A program made the translations under genes and the position numbers. 64,000 nt of DNA from the IMG/VR virus record IMGVR_UViG_2912838376_000002, positions 160,001-224,000 of that record. One strand, given 5' to 3'. Origin of the DNA: a virus (taxonomy: Duplodnaviria; Caudoviricetes). The notes beneath the pieces are model-generated. The model did not search any database and was not told the DNA's origin. It worked only from the letters and a program-made list of their open reading frames with translations. How positions within the stretch are numbered: position 1 is the first letter of the stretch; each line of letters begins with the position of its first letter. Below, one piece after another: positions 56,201 to 64,000 of the stretch.

Positions 56201-59200
56201 TCCAAAGTATTATCGGCAATCAATACTTACGTCGTATTGTTCTTCCATACGCAGCATACCAACAAGCTGTTTACTTTGATGGATTAACAGGAGATACGGT
56301 TAGTGATACAGCTGCAGATGCATACGTTAATACTCATACAACTCTTCAAAGTATTAAAGAAGGACTTGGTATTAATAAGGCATTACGTCCTTGGGCAAAT
56401 GTATTTAAAAATGCAGGTGCTGACCAAGTAGGAGAATGGCTGGGAGTTAAGCAATTAGACTTCTTAACATTTGGCATGTTTAGTGATTTCCGTAGCGGTG
56501 AAGACACTAGAGAGTATTATGAATCTGGTGAAGATGCAATCCGTAAAAATAGATACTGGGGAATCGGTTCTCCTTCTCCTTGGGCTGGTGGAGGAATCGA
56601 CCACTTTGAAGCCAACTGGTATCGTAAATTAAAGTCTGATTACAAATTTACAGACACTATGTATGGTAGTGAAAGTGAATATTGGGCGAATAACTGGATG
56701 CCTACCTTAACTCATCCGTTTGCTCCTATTAAACACTTCTTAACAGACCCTTATCATTATGAAAATAAACATGAATTAGACAGACCATATGCAATCACTG
56801 GTGGTTTTAGTGAACTACAAAACATTCCTATCGTAGGTAATCTTATTGATGGTACAGTTGGACGAATCCTAAAACCTCGTAAAGAACACAAGGGGTTAGA
56901 AAAAGCGCATGAAGAATACATTTCTTCTATTAACCAATACATCCAAGATAAATACAGTCCAGTTAAGGATGGTTCTTATGTAGGTATTTCTGGAACAGGT
57001 GCAGTCACGCAGTACAATATGTATGCCGATCAAGGGACAGGCGATTACTTTGGAGGTTCAGCAGCTAACTATGGTGCTGATGCTGGTATTGTTAACTACG
57101 GTAATGGAATTACACCTGCTTACAAAACAAACGTTGCTGGTGGTGGAATAGGAGGCCCTGTAGGTGATATAGGAGGCTCAGGTGGAACCGCAGTAGGTGG
57201 AAGTCTTATTGGTAGGGGCATGAGTGGTGCTACAAGAGCTCAAAACATTCTAGCTGAACAAAACTATGCACTTGCTCAAATGGGTGATGGTGTAGAAGCT
57301 GGAACAGTTAACAGCTTAATGAAACTTAGAAACATGGGGATCCCTCAGGATCTTGACAGTATTGGTCAACTTGATAATTTAACAGGTTTGCTTAAAGACG
57401 GATTCTACAGTGCATCCGAGTTAGGTGGTATCTATGGTTTCTTAACAAAAACAGGAATTGGATATGAAGAGTCATGGCGTGGAACAACACTTGCTCCATC
57501 AACATTAATGACTTCTCCAAGTCGTGCTTTTTGGGATATGAACCTTGGTGGTGCCGGTGGTGCACTATCGGAGATTGGTCGTCGTTATGTTCCTCGTGAC
57601 CCTAACAAAGATTATTATTCTCCAATTCGAAATACAATGCCTGAATGGTTGCCAGGTATAGACTCATCAACAGATTTCTTACATGGTGATCCATATACGA
57701 AAATACAGAAGGGTGAAATAAGGCTTCCTGGTAAAGCATATGAAACTCTTTACAAACTTCATCCGGACGGAACTGGTTCTGGTGAATTTGCAAACTATGG
57801 TGTGTTTGACCGATTCCGTATCTTAGCAGATATCGATCCTGATAGTGAACAGTACAAAGTAGCTAAGCATCAAATCTCATTACTACGTCAATCTGGTGGT
57901 CTTACAGAAGATATGGCCAAAGAAGTTGAGGAGATTAAGCAACAGGTTCACGATAAACAGGACACATATCACTGGTACGATAAGAAGTTTTCAAATGCTG
58001 ATATCCAAGAGAAGAATGTAACAATCTCTAAAGTTATCGATGCAAATACGTTCATGGTTCGAGAGTTCGATGCTCCAATTAAATTAGCTGGTATCAAATT
58101 AACACAAAAAGATAACCAAGATGTAATTGATTGGATGGGACAGTATTTAAAAGTTGGTGCGAGAGTTAAGATTGGTATTGCCGATGATCCTGTTGCACGA
58201 ATGAATAATGATACATATGGCTCAATGGATGCTGTTGTGTACACGAACCAAAATGAAGAAGGTCGTTTCTGGTTTGAGACGAACAAAGGCCAGTCATTAA
58301 ATGCTCTTATCGCAAACAGAACTTGGAAGAATCCAGTTCAGATTAAAGATGATGGCAGCCCAACTTCTACAAGAGCTCTTTATTCAAATGACATGGTAAC
58401 TGTCGGTAAGTATACTGAAATGTTAACGCATGATATTCTCCCTAAAATACCTTTCGTCGGAATCTTAGCTGATAAGTTCTTACAGGTACGTACACCGATT
58501 GAAAGTTATAAGAGAGATCAAGTATATGGTTCAGACTGGAGACCTTGGACACAGCCATATGAAGGCTGGATTAAACCAATGGTAAATACGGTTGCTTCTC
58601 AAAACCCACTTATTGCAGGTGCAGAAATGGCAGCCATTGGTCACCTTTGGGGAAAGACAACAAAAGCTAAAGGTTTAGGACGTGTCGCTGGATTTGCTAT
58701 CGGTGCCGGACTTTCTACTCTTCGTGTACTAGATGAAGGAGCAGGAAGAATTCTTCCGGGCTTAGACAACGTTTGGATTCCACAAGAACGTGAAGACGAA
58801 CGAGAAATCAATCAGTACTTTGACCGTTTAAAATACGTTAAGTATCGTGGTCTTTACGAGAAAGCTAGCCAACTTGCTAAAAGTGAAGAGGGCGTAGATG
58901 TAGAAGAATTCTTTGATGCTGCAGCAGAAAAAGGGCGAAAAAACAAAGGCTTAAAACGTTACCTAACAGACAAGAAGAAAACATTGTCGTGGGCTAAAAA
59001 AATGGGTTATGGTGACACCGAAGCCGTTAAATCACAAATCCATGAACTCTCTGGCGAAATAGAAGATATTTCGTCTGCAAAAGAAGCCTATCAAGCAGGT
59101 AAGTACACATCTTTAGCTATTAAGTATCGACAAGAATATGAAGGTACTCTGTATAGTATGGGTGAAACTGGAGCCTCTGATAGAACATCGTTAATGAGAG

Positions 59201-59736
59201 CCTTAACACCAAAAGAGCGAGAATACATTCCACGATTCCTTGAGACGACTAGCAGTAAAGAGCGTCAAGAGATTCTAAAGTATGTTCCTGAGGACATTAA
59301 GAGAATCTTACAAGGTAGCTGGGGACTTAAAGTAGATAAGCAAGAAGACATTGAAGATTACTTTGATAGTCATTATCTGCCGAGTGAAAATTGGTCCGGA
59401 TGGAACGCAAGTACAAATCTTGATGATATAAAAATCAAGGTTATGAAAAAGCAAGGTGTAAATCCAACTACTTCTGGTTATTGGAGTAAAGACCAAGCTA
59501 GAGCGGAGAAGTCAGGAGAAAAAGCAATACCAATACACTCTTTAAGTAGTTTGATCGATACAGGTCGCTTGCGTGAGGTGTTATCAGGAATGGGATTATC
59601 AGATGTAGATGTCCAATTAACAACTTCTTATGGAGAGGGACCAGGTGGAATCAATACTTCCATCGACATCATGAAAGATATGCGAAATGAAATTTTAGAT
59701 GGTCTTAATGCAGGAGTACATTCCTCATTATTCTAG
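53254..59736 (+). CDS. Giant virion protein (tape-measure position) with degenerate thermonuclease-like OB domain
   Basis: 2160 aa after the chaperones; G-rich segments; VIDANTF...IKLAGI...DTYGS...SLN at about 58020-58310. Confidence 0.6.
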   Translation: MADKRYTGEEKEKSHLLSNIAKTGSLIGGGVMAYRNRAMIGKAMSDLSSNAAVTGSRVLSKDGHAYSALSDAKVFMKGISDALGDNPSVIRTLRGGFDSNIQEKMHKNFEASVRNSIKKRQMLTNRPGQNNTEFVSRYYKEFHKRNMGGLNKFEYAATQSFRQNKILENLRKQSSIKNNGGDKILNALTHYHNQNKGIFNSPADHVDDFIKQLEDGKYAHKVKFQDDSQRNAFQKQMLQTLEQYKDTKKVFEGNKGSILSQAKAMETASAYGFIQDALKQTDVLSTQFKKKGFNHTTLKDAEKFDIATKRKYGLIVDDIDEKGNEKSIDVTKELRKFLDNNKHNDDLNALLGKKGISFNFEDMILDKNLYTHAKTGEMIDNRHLKSGAVSAIDSFQESVKVPFLNINPVDLTPWQAFRSGQAKEGLQVLGAGQVHGFVRNLGEQSFDGVAKATQEGAIRNPLKNSDHFYTGGNVFRYTETGGLDLVDEGLYLAPSQFGAFSRMHKNMTNYSEKDVIDERGWVKKLFDVGYQENESRAETYRKAWDKLADPMYGPNALRGLVYDLHTSKENQSDMIRDVYNVMRVGMDKSATSLTREATEVLSPHVNKLFDHIKVNGEAFDFARLTDDDYVKDAALVFNKELKNQSSNIGMYKSHTRSVYNEDLSGRDALKHYEDPSVKELGRWTQKYINDPEGFNSSREAAVDKNLPSLMEFMVPTFGDDAALIPATEKLRRSFHQYALRALDNEAGDFAPDVVKNGARKRSSLAYLIDARNKGILSESDVKNAKDLETLTDILGYDNIHNIDARPREAKTFLEDVMNIHKGDVGYDDTKLMFESGGVSLNGFGQDLQEGILRAQPITGRAPEAGKPSPNGADFIIMRKSGLGKAGKEIVSELNINNLKNYGPIDDGWDLAINTEMYARNASSTLVQQGLAVSKEMLAGRHINGDSLENVTTSTAIMYGLAERLDNQLGNFGLSLSQKNLGSFQSIIGNQYLRRIVLPYAAYQQAVYFDGLTGDTVSDTAADAYVNTHTTLQSIKEGLGINKALRPWANVFKNAGADQVGEWLGVKQLDFLTFGMFSDFRSGEDTREYYESGEDAIRKNRYWGIGSPSPWAGGGIDHFEANWYRKLKSDYKFTDTMYGSESEYWANNWMPTLTHPFAPIKHFLTDPYHYENKHELDRPYAITGGFSELQNIPIVGNLIDGTVGRILKPRKEHKGLEKAHEEYISSINQYIQDKYSPVKDGSYVGISGTGAVTQYNMYADQGTGDYFGGSAANYGADAGIVNYGNGITPAYKTNVAGGGIGGPVGDIGGSGGTAVGGSLIGRGMSGATRAQNILAEQNYALAQMGDGVEAGTVNSLMKLRNMGIPQDLDSIGQLDNLTGLLKDGFYSASELGGIYGFLTKTGIGYEESWRGTTLAPSTLMTSPSRAFWDMNLGGAGGALSEIGRRYVPRDPNKDYYSPIRNTMPEWLPGIDSSTDFLHGDPYTKIQKGEIRLPGKAYETLYKLHPDGTGSGEFANYGVFDRFRILADIDPDSEQYKVAKHQISLLRQSGGLTEDMAKEVEEIKQQVHDKQDTYHWYDKKFSNADIQEKNVTISKVIDANTFMVREFDAPIKLAGIKLTQKDNQDVIDWMGQYLKVGARVKIGIADDPVARMNNDTYGSMDAVVYTNQNEEGRFWFETNKGQSLNALIANRTWKNPVQIKDDGSPTSTRALYSNDMVTVGKYTEMLTHDILPKIPFVGILADKFLQVRTPIESYKRDQVYGSDWRPWTQPYEGWIKPMVNTVASQNPLIAGAEMAAIGHLWGKTTKAKGLGRVAGFAIGAGLSTLRVLDEGAGRILPGLDNVWIPQEREDEREINQYFDRLKYVKYRGLYEKASQLAKSEEGVDVEEFFDAAAEKGRKNKGLKRYLTDKKKTLSWAKKMGYGDTEAVKSQIHELSGEIEDISSAKEAYQAGKYTSLAIKYRQEYEGTLYSMGETGASDRTSLMRALTPKEREYIPRFLETTSSKERQEILKYVPEDIKRILQGSWGLKVDKQEDIEDYFDSHYLPSENWSGWNASTNLDDIKIKVMKKQGVNPTTSGYWSKDQARAEKSGEKAIPIHSLSSLIDTGRLREVLSGMGLSDVDVQLTTSYGEGPGGINTSIDIMKDMRNEILDGLNAGVHSSLF

Positions 59737-59796
59737 AATACATTAAGCGGCGTTCAGTCTTTTTAGACGGGCGCCGTTATTTATTAGGAGGGTATT

Positions 59797-62700
59797 ATGG
59801 AAGGAATCGAAAGAGTACCTATAAAAAACAGGGCATTAACACCTGCTTATGAATCTGCTGATGGTTCAAGCAAGATCAAACTGGAGAACGCAGCAGAACG
59901 TACAGCTGCTGAATATAGACAAAGCGCAATAGCTCAAACATATAACGAATTAACAAAAGACAATCGTATTAGTTCATTAGGCATTTGGGAGTCAGCTCGT
60001 ACTCCAAATAGTTTTAATGTTAATGCTCAACAAGCATTGAATCCTTTTATGAATTTAAAAGGTAACGACAACGTATTGTTCTTTGATATAGAAGCAATCG
60101 GTACACCTGAACACATGAGAAGTAATAAAGGTCTAGATCTATTTGCTATGACTGAGTTATCTTTTGGTGGAACTAAGTTTAACGGGAAAGACTTTGTTAA
60201 AAATAAAGGTTCTATCGTATCGATGGCAGTTGCTCCAGGAAAAGATGAATATGCTCGATTAAAGCAACAAATCAATAGATTAAAACAAAATCCGATGATG
60301 GCAGTTTCACAGGATATGCACCGTACATTATTAGACTTAGCTAAGTACTCTGATGCAAATAAATTCAAGAGTGCTACAAGTAACGGTAAAGCTTATATGT
60401 CATTATTAGGGCATTCTCGTGTCCCTTCTGCAGGTACAGCTTTTACAAGAAATACAATAGACGAAATCGAGAGAGGTCTTAACAACCTTTACCACAAAGG
60501 AACAAAGGTTGAAGATGCACTATCTATTTTCCAGAATCATATCAAATCTACGAATTCAAAGTTAGGTGGATACAACATTCATCACTATGACTTACCAGCT
60601 ATTATTGGTGCTGCAGGAAATAAAAGTACAAAAGAATTCTTTAGAAGTGTGGCAAAGGATTCATTAGATTTTTATCACGGATATTCTGCTACTGCTAAAG
60701 ATCCTTATTCATTAACAGGTTCAAGTTTACGCCAAGAACATATCCACCAATCTTTATTAAGCAAGAAAAAGATTAAAGCTAATCAATCTTCTTATTTATA
60801 TCACTTAGCAAAAGACGATATCCAAGCGAATATTGAAATTGCAGGATTCACCCACAATAAAATCAAATCATTCATTCAAGAAGCGAAGAAATCTCCAGCT
60901 TACGCCCTTAACCCTTCTACATTAAAAACAGAAATCCTAAAAGCAGGACAAGACGTATTCTCTTATCAAAGTGGTTATTTTGACAAAGAGAAGCACAAGT
61001 ACAATCTTGTAGGAACGGTTGATGGAGATGGAAAGATGAGTCCTCGATGGGCAAACTTAAATACATCTCTTCCTTCAAATGAAAATTTTACAATTAAAGA
61101 ATTCTTACAAGACGTAGCACTACCAGGAACAAAGAAGAAAGGATTCGGTGCAAGACTTGATTCTAAAGATATAAAGGGTAAAAGCATCTTATTAATGTCT
61201 GAAACTCAAGAAGGACTAGCACAACAAATTCATGGTTCTTTCATGCCAATGGATGATGCAATTTCTAAAAGCCTGCGTGACTTAAAAGTAAAACATGACG
61301 CTTCCTTCCGTGAATATGAAAGAATGTTCGATAATAACGGATGGAAGAAGATGAATGAATACTACAACTATCTAGATAAAGCAGGTAGTGTAGGAGAAGG
61401 TTTTGACTGGAAATCACACGTTGTTAAAAATGGAGGAACAGAAGAACTAGCTATGAAGTTCCCTCATATGGTCGCACGACTAGAAGGGGAAAGAGATGTA
61501 TGGGGAACAGCTATGAGTACTCTAAAAGCTTCAGGATTAAGCGACGAACAGAAATCAATTGCTCTTCGACACATTAAAAACAAGTTAGATGAACAAGGTG
61601 ATAACAAAGCTCATGTAACTGCTAAAGGAAATAGATTTTTCGATTTTGCTTTCGGAGAAGAAGATAAAACAATTTTCAATGCAAAAGATACGAACTCAAT
61701 CAAAGGTTCTTTCCGTTCTTACATTAATGGAAGAAGAAGAGGAGATCGTATTGGAAATCCTGAGAAGTCATATAAGATGGCTCGTATTGATGAATTACAG
61801 GATATTATCATTAACAACTTCAAACTTTCACCAGAAGGTAAAGCTTCTAACGATGTGAAATATCTTATCGGTCAGATGAAGCAGGAAGTTATGTCGGGTA
61901 ATAAAATCGAAACAGCTCTTACTGAAATGTCTAATCTTGTTCGTGACAAGGTAGAAAATATGGGTACAGATAATTTCGTTCGTGAAGTAACTAATCAAAT
62001 GACGGACAACCGAACAACTGCAATCAAAGGACTAATGAAGAACCTACCAGATGTTATGCATGAAAGCATTGAGAACGCTCGTTCATACAAAAATGCTAAA
62101 GACATATTAAATGGTAATAGCCCACTAAAAGGATTTTTAAGAGAGCAGGATAGTCGCATCAAGAGATTATTTGAGAAGAACTTCGGCACACATGGAATGA
62201 ACGATGCAGACACAATTAGTAAAGCAAGTGGTATGGCTGCTAAGTATGAGGATCTTGTTGGTAAGATTTTATCGTCTTACAGCAACGACTTTAATACTCA
62301 AATTCGATTCATGGATGGCGGAAACCCATTGCTTATCTTAGCTGATAAAAAGAGCGGTATGGACTTAAGTGAAGTAAAGACATATGAAGAACTAGTTCGT
62401 AACCCTAGATTAGCGACTATTGAACTTCCATCCTTCGATAAAGACATGAAGGTGAAATACGGTGGAAACCGAAAAGCTTCTGTTATTCGCTCTGGTATTG
62501 GTGCAAAAGGAGCTTATCATAGTACATCAGTTACAGATGCTCTAAATATGATTCTTGATTATTCTAAGAAAGCAAAAGAGTTAGCTGAAATTGCTGAGGG
62601 TACTGGAAATAAGAATGCATTTGTTCAAATCAGACAAGGACTTCGTTATCGCGTTGGAAGACAAGTAGACCCTGTTCCTACTGATGCAAGTCGAAAGCTA

Positions 62701-64000
62701 CATTTCGATGATAAAGAAATGTTTGATATTAAATCAGCTATTAGTGGTGAGGTTCGTTCAAGTAAATGGGATATCACAGGCTATGCAGAAGCTTGGTATA
62801 AAGCAAATCAAAAAAGATTAGGTTTGAACACCTCTGCTGATGTTATTGCTCAAAATGCAAAAGAAAAAGGAATCACATTCTTTGAAGCAATGGGACAAAG
62901 AGCAAAAGGTTACGCTACTGCCGGAGGACTTCTTGATTTCGCAAATGGTACTTCTGGATTAAAAGGAAGTATGTTTGGTATCAATAACCGTTCTGCTTCA
63001 AAAGGTTTTGTTGGTACTGCAAATACAGATGCTCGTACTTATATGGCATTAGGTAATTATTATGCTGATTCAGTAGAGAACCCACATAAGACAATCAACT
63101 ACCGAAAAGTAGACCAAGAAGTTGCGTCAAGAGTATTACGTGGATCTGGTAAAGACCAATCGTTCCGTACAAAAAACAGCTTTATTTCATCTGCTGCATT
63201 TAAAGCACTTGATGATGCAAATGAAGTCCGCGGTATCACAATGCAAACAGGTTATATGACGGATGAAGAAATTGCATTAAAGCTAAAAGATGCTAACAAA
63301 ATCAGTGAATACAAAAATATGATTGATAAAGCACAAGCTAAAAATCAAATCTCTCCTGTTGAAGCAAGACAGATGAAGAAGTCTTTAGATATGGGTATGC
63401 TTTCTACAAGTGAAGGTTTAGCATTCATGGACCACAGACTAATGAAAGCTTTTGATGGAATGGATGAAGTTCGTATTAATATGAACGCTGAGAAAGTAAT
63501 GTTTAACAACTCCATTGAAACAGCCATTGAAAAAGAAGCAGAGAAACAAGGGCTTGGTAATGGTTTGTGGAAAGATAAAGGAATCACTTTTGACAAACCA
63601 CTAGAAGTTGATATTAATTCAATGTTTAATGAGAAAAATCATCTTACTCTTGGAAAATATGAAATTAACAATATCAAAAACGAGATTGTTGATGAAAAAC
63701 GTTTTAAGAAAGGTGATAAGGTATCTATCCTTGGATTCAACGCAGATGACATTGATAAGAGATCACTTGTATTAGGTAGACAACGTAAAACAGGACATGG
63801 TTTTAAAGCCGTAACTGAAGGTGGTTTCCGTGCTACTATGACTCCTATGCTTGGAGAAATTATGAGTGATTTATATGGCGTAGAAGGAGTAGAACAAGTA
63901 ATTTCTCATCTAGGAGAAAAGAAAGGTGCTATTGACCTACCTGCATTAATTCGTGGTTACGATACTCAGATTCGTCAACAATTCGGCGGTACAGTTGAAA
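59797..64000 (+). CDS. Giant protein (>1400 aa, truncated): N-terminal DEDDh exonuclease and RNAP beta-like barrel motifs
   Basis: ATG 59797 with AGGAGG RBS; the segments I translated are in one frame up to the window end. Motifs FFDIE, GYNIHHYD, HLAKDD, then EGLAFMDHRLMK and RKTGHGFKAVTEGGFRATM...VISHLG. Confidence 0.7.
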   Translation, partial: MEGIERVPIKNRALTPAYESADGSSKIKLENAAERTAAEYRQSAIAQTYNELTKDNRISSLGIWESARTPNSFNVNAQQALNPFMNLKGNDNVLFFDIEAIGTPEHMRSNKGLDLFAMTELSFGGTKFNGKDFVKNKGSIVSMAVAPGKDEYARLKQQINRLKQNPMMAVSQDMHRTLLDLAKYSDANKFKSATSNGKAYMSLLGHSRVPSAGTAFTRNTIDEIERGLNNLYHKGTKVEDALSIFQNHIKSTNSKLGGYNIHHYDLPAIIGAAGNKSTKEFFRSVAKDSLDFYHGYSATAKDPYSLTGSSLRQEHIHQSLLSKKKIKANQSSYLYHLAKDDIQANIEIAGFTHNKIKSFIQEAKKSPAYALNPSTLKTEILKAGQDVFSYQSGYFDKEKHKYNLVGTVDGDGKMSPRWANLNTSLPSNENFTIKEFLQDVALPGTKKKGFGARLDSKDIKGKSILLMSETQEGLAQQIHGSFMPMDDAISKSLRDLKVKHDASFREYERMFDNNGWKKMNEYYNYLDKAGSVGEGFDWKSHVVKNGGTEELAMKFPHMVARLEGERDVWGTAMSTLKASGLSDEQKSIALRHIKNKLDEQGDNKAHVTAKGNRFFDFAFGEEDKTIFNAKDTNSIKGSFRSYINGRRRGDRIGNPEKSYKMARIDELQDIIINNFKLSPEGKASNDVKYLIGQMKQEVMSGNKIETALTEMSNLVRDKVENMGTDNFVREVTNQMTDNRTTAIKGLMKNLPDVMHESIENARSYKNAKDILNGNSPLKGFLREQDSRIKRLFEKNFGTHGMNDADTISKASGMAAKYEDLVGKILSSYSNDFNTQIRFMDGGNPLLILADKKSGMDLSEVKTYEELVRNPRLATIELPSFDKDMKVKYGGNRKASVIRSGIGAKGAYHSTSVTDALNMILDYSKKAKELAEIAEGTGNKNAFVQIRQGLRYRVGRQVDPVPTDASRKLHFDDKEMFDIKSAISGEVRSSKWDITGYAEAWYKANQKRLGLNTSADVIAQNAKEKGITFFEAMGQRAKGYATAGGLLDFANGTSGLKGSMFGINNRSASKGFVGTANTDARTYMALGNYYADSVENPHKTINYRKVDQEVASRVLRGSGKDQSFRTKNSFISSAAFKALDDANEVRGITMQTGYMTDEEIALKLKDANKISEYKNMIDKAQAKNQISPVEARQMKKSLDMGMLSTSEGLAFMDHRLMKAFDGMDEVRINMNAEKVMFNNSIETAIEKEAEKQGLGNGLWKDKGITFDKPLEVDINSMFNEKNHLTLGKYEINNIKNEIVDEKRFKKGDKVSILGFNADDIDKRSLVLGRQRKTGHGFKAVTEGGFRATMTPMLGEIMSDLYGVEGVEQVISHLGEKKGAIDLPALIRGYDTQIRQQFGGTVE

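Larger units (their letters stand above)
1..64000. mobile_element. Large myovirus-type phage-plasmid (partial genome)
   Basis: RepA_N and ParM/ParR replicon lie on the same molecule as terminase, portal, capsid, sheath and tube genes. No host housekeeping gene cluster and no integrase in the window. Confidence 0.85.

Noticed and set aside
60027-63596. Short ORFs listed in the track for the last 4 kb
   Set aside because: They are shadows of the single long plus-strand ORF starting at 59797.

Overview
The window is about 64 kb of a large, AT-rich Bacillota (probably Bacillus-group) myovirus that also carries a plasmid replicon, so it is most likely a phage-plasmid (extrachromosomal prophage). 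At 1.6-4.7 kb is a RepA_N initiator with intragenic iterons, an antisense-RNA leader and a ParM/ParR pair. From about 0.1 to 28.9 kb is a mostly minus-strand arm of early/accessory genes. It includes an Spx-like protein without the CXXC motif, SpoVG, two class II nucleotidyltransferases, many small hypotheticals, Q-rich proteins, a Dda/RecD-like helicase and a 1395-aa polymerase of the eukaryotic RdRP (QDE-1)/SPbeta YonO family. From 29.2 kb on the plus strand is a morphogenesis arm: a Gp49-family gene and a DUF2829/Tad2-like gene, TerS, intein-containing TerL, portal, protease/scaffold, capsid, neck, sheath(s), tubes, chaperones and two giant proteins. The most notable signals are these. (i) A stem-loop with a conserved GTTA/UAAC loop recurs at early-arm gene boundaries and seven times in a structured intergenic element next to the polymerase-helicase module. 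(ii) The giant ORF cut off at the window end has an N-terminal DEDDh exonuclease and RNA-polymerase beta-like motifs, suggesting a second, virion-packaged polymerase. (iii) There is a CTATATAG palindrome array and an 80-bp-phased AGTCAGGA array. All product calls come from motif reading by eye; no database searches were run.
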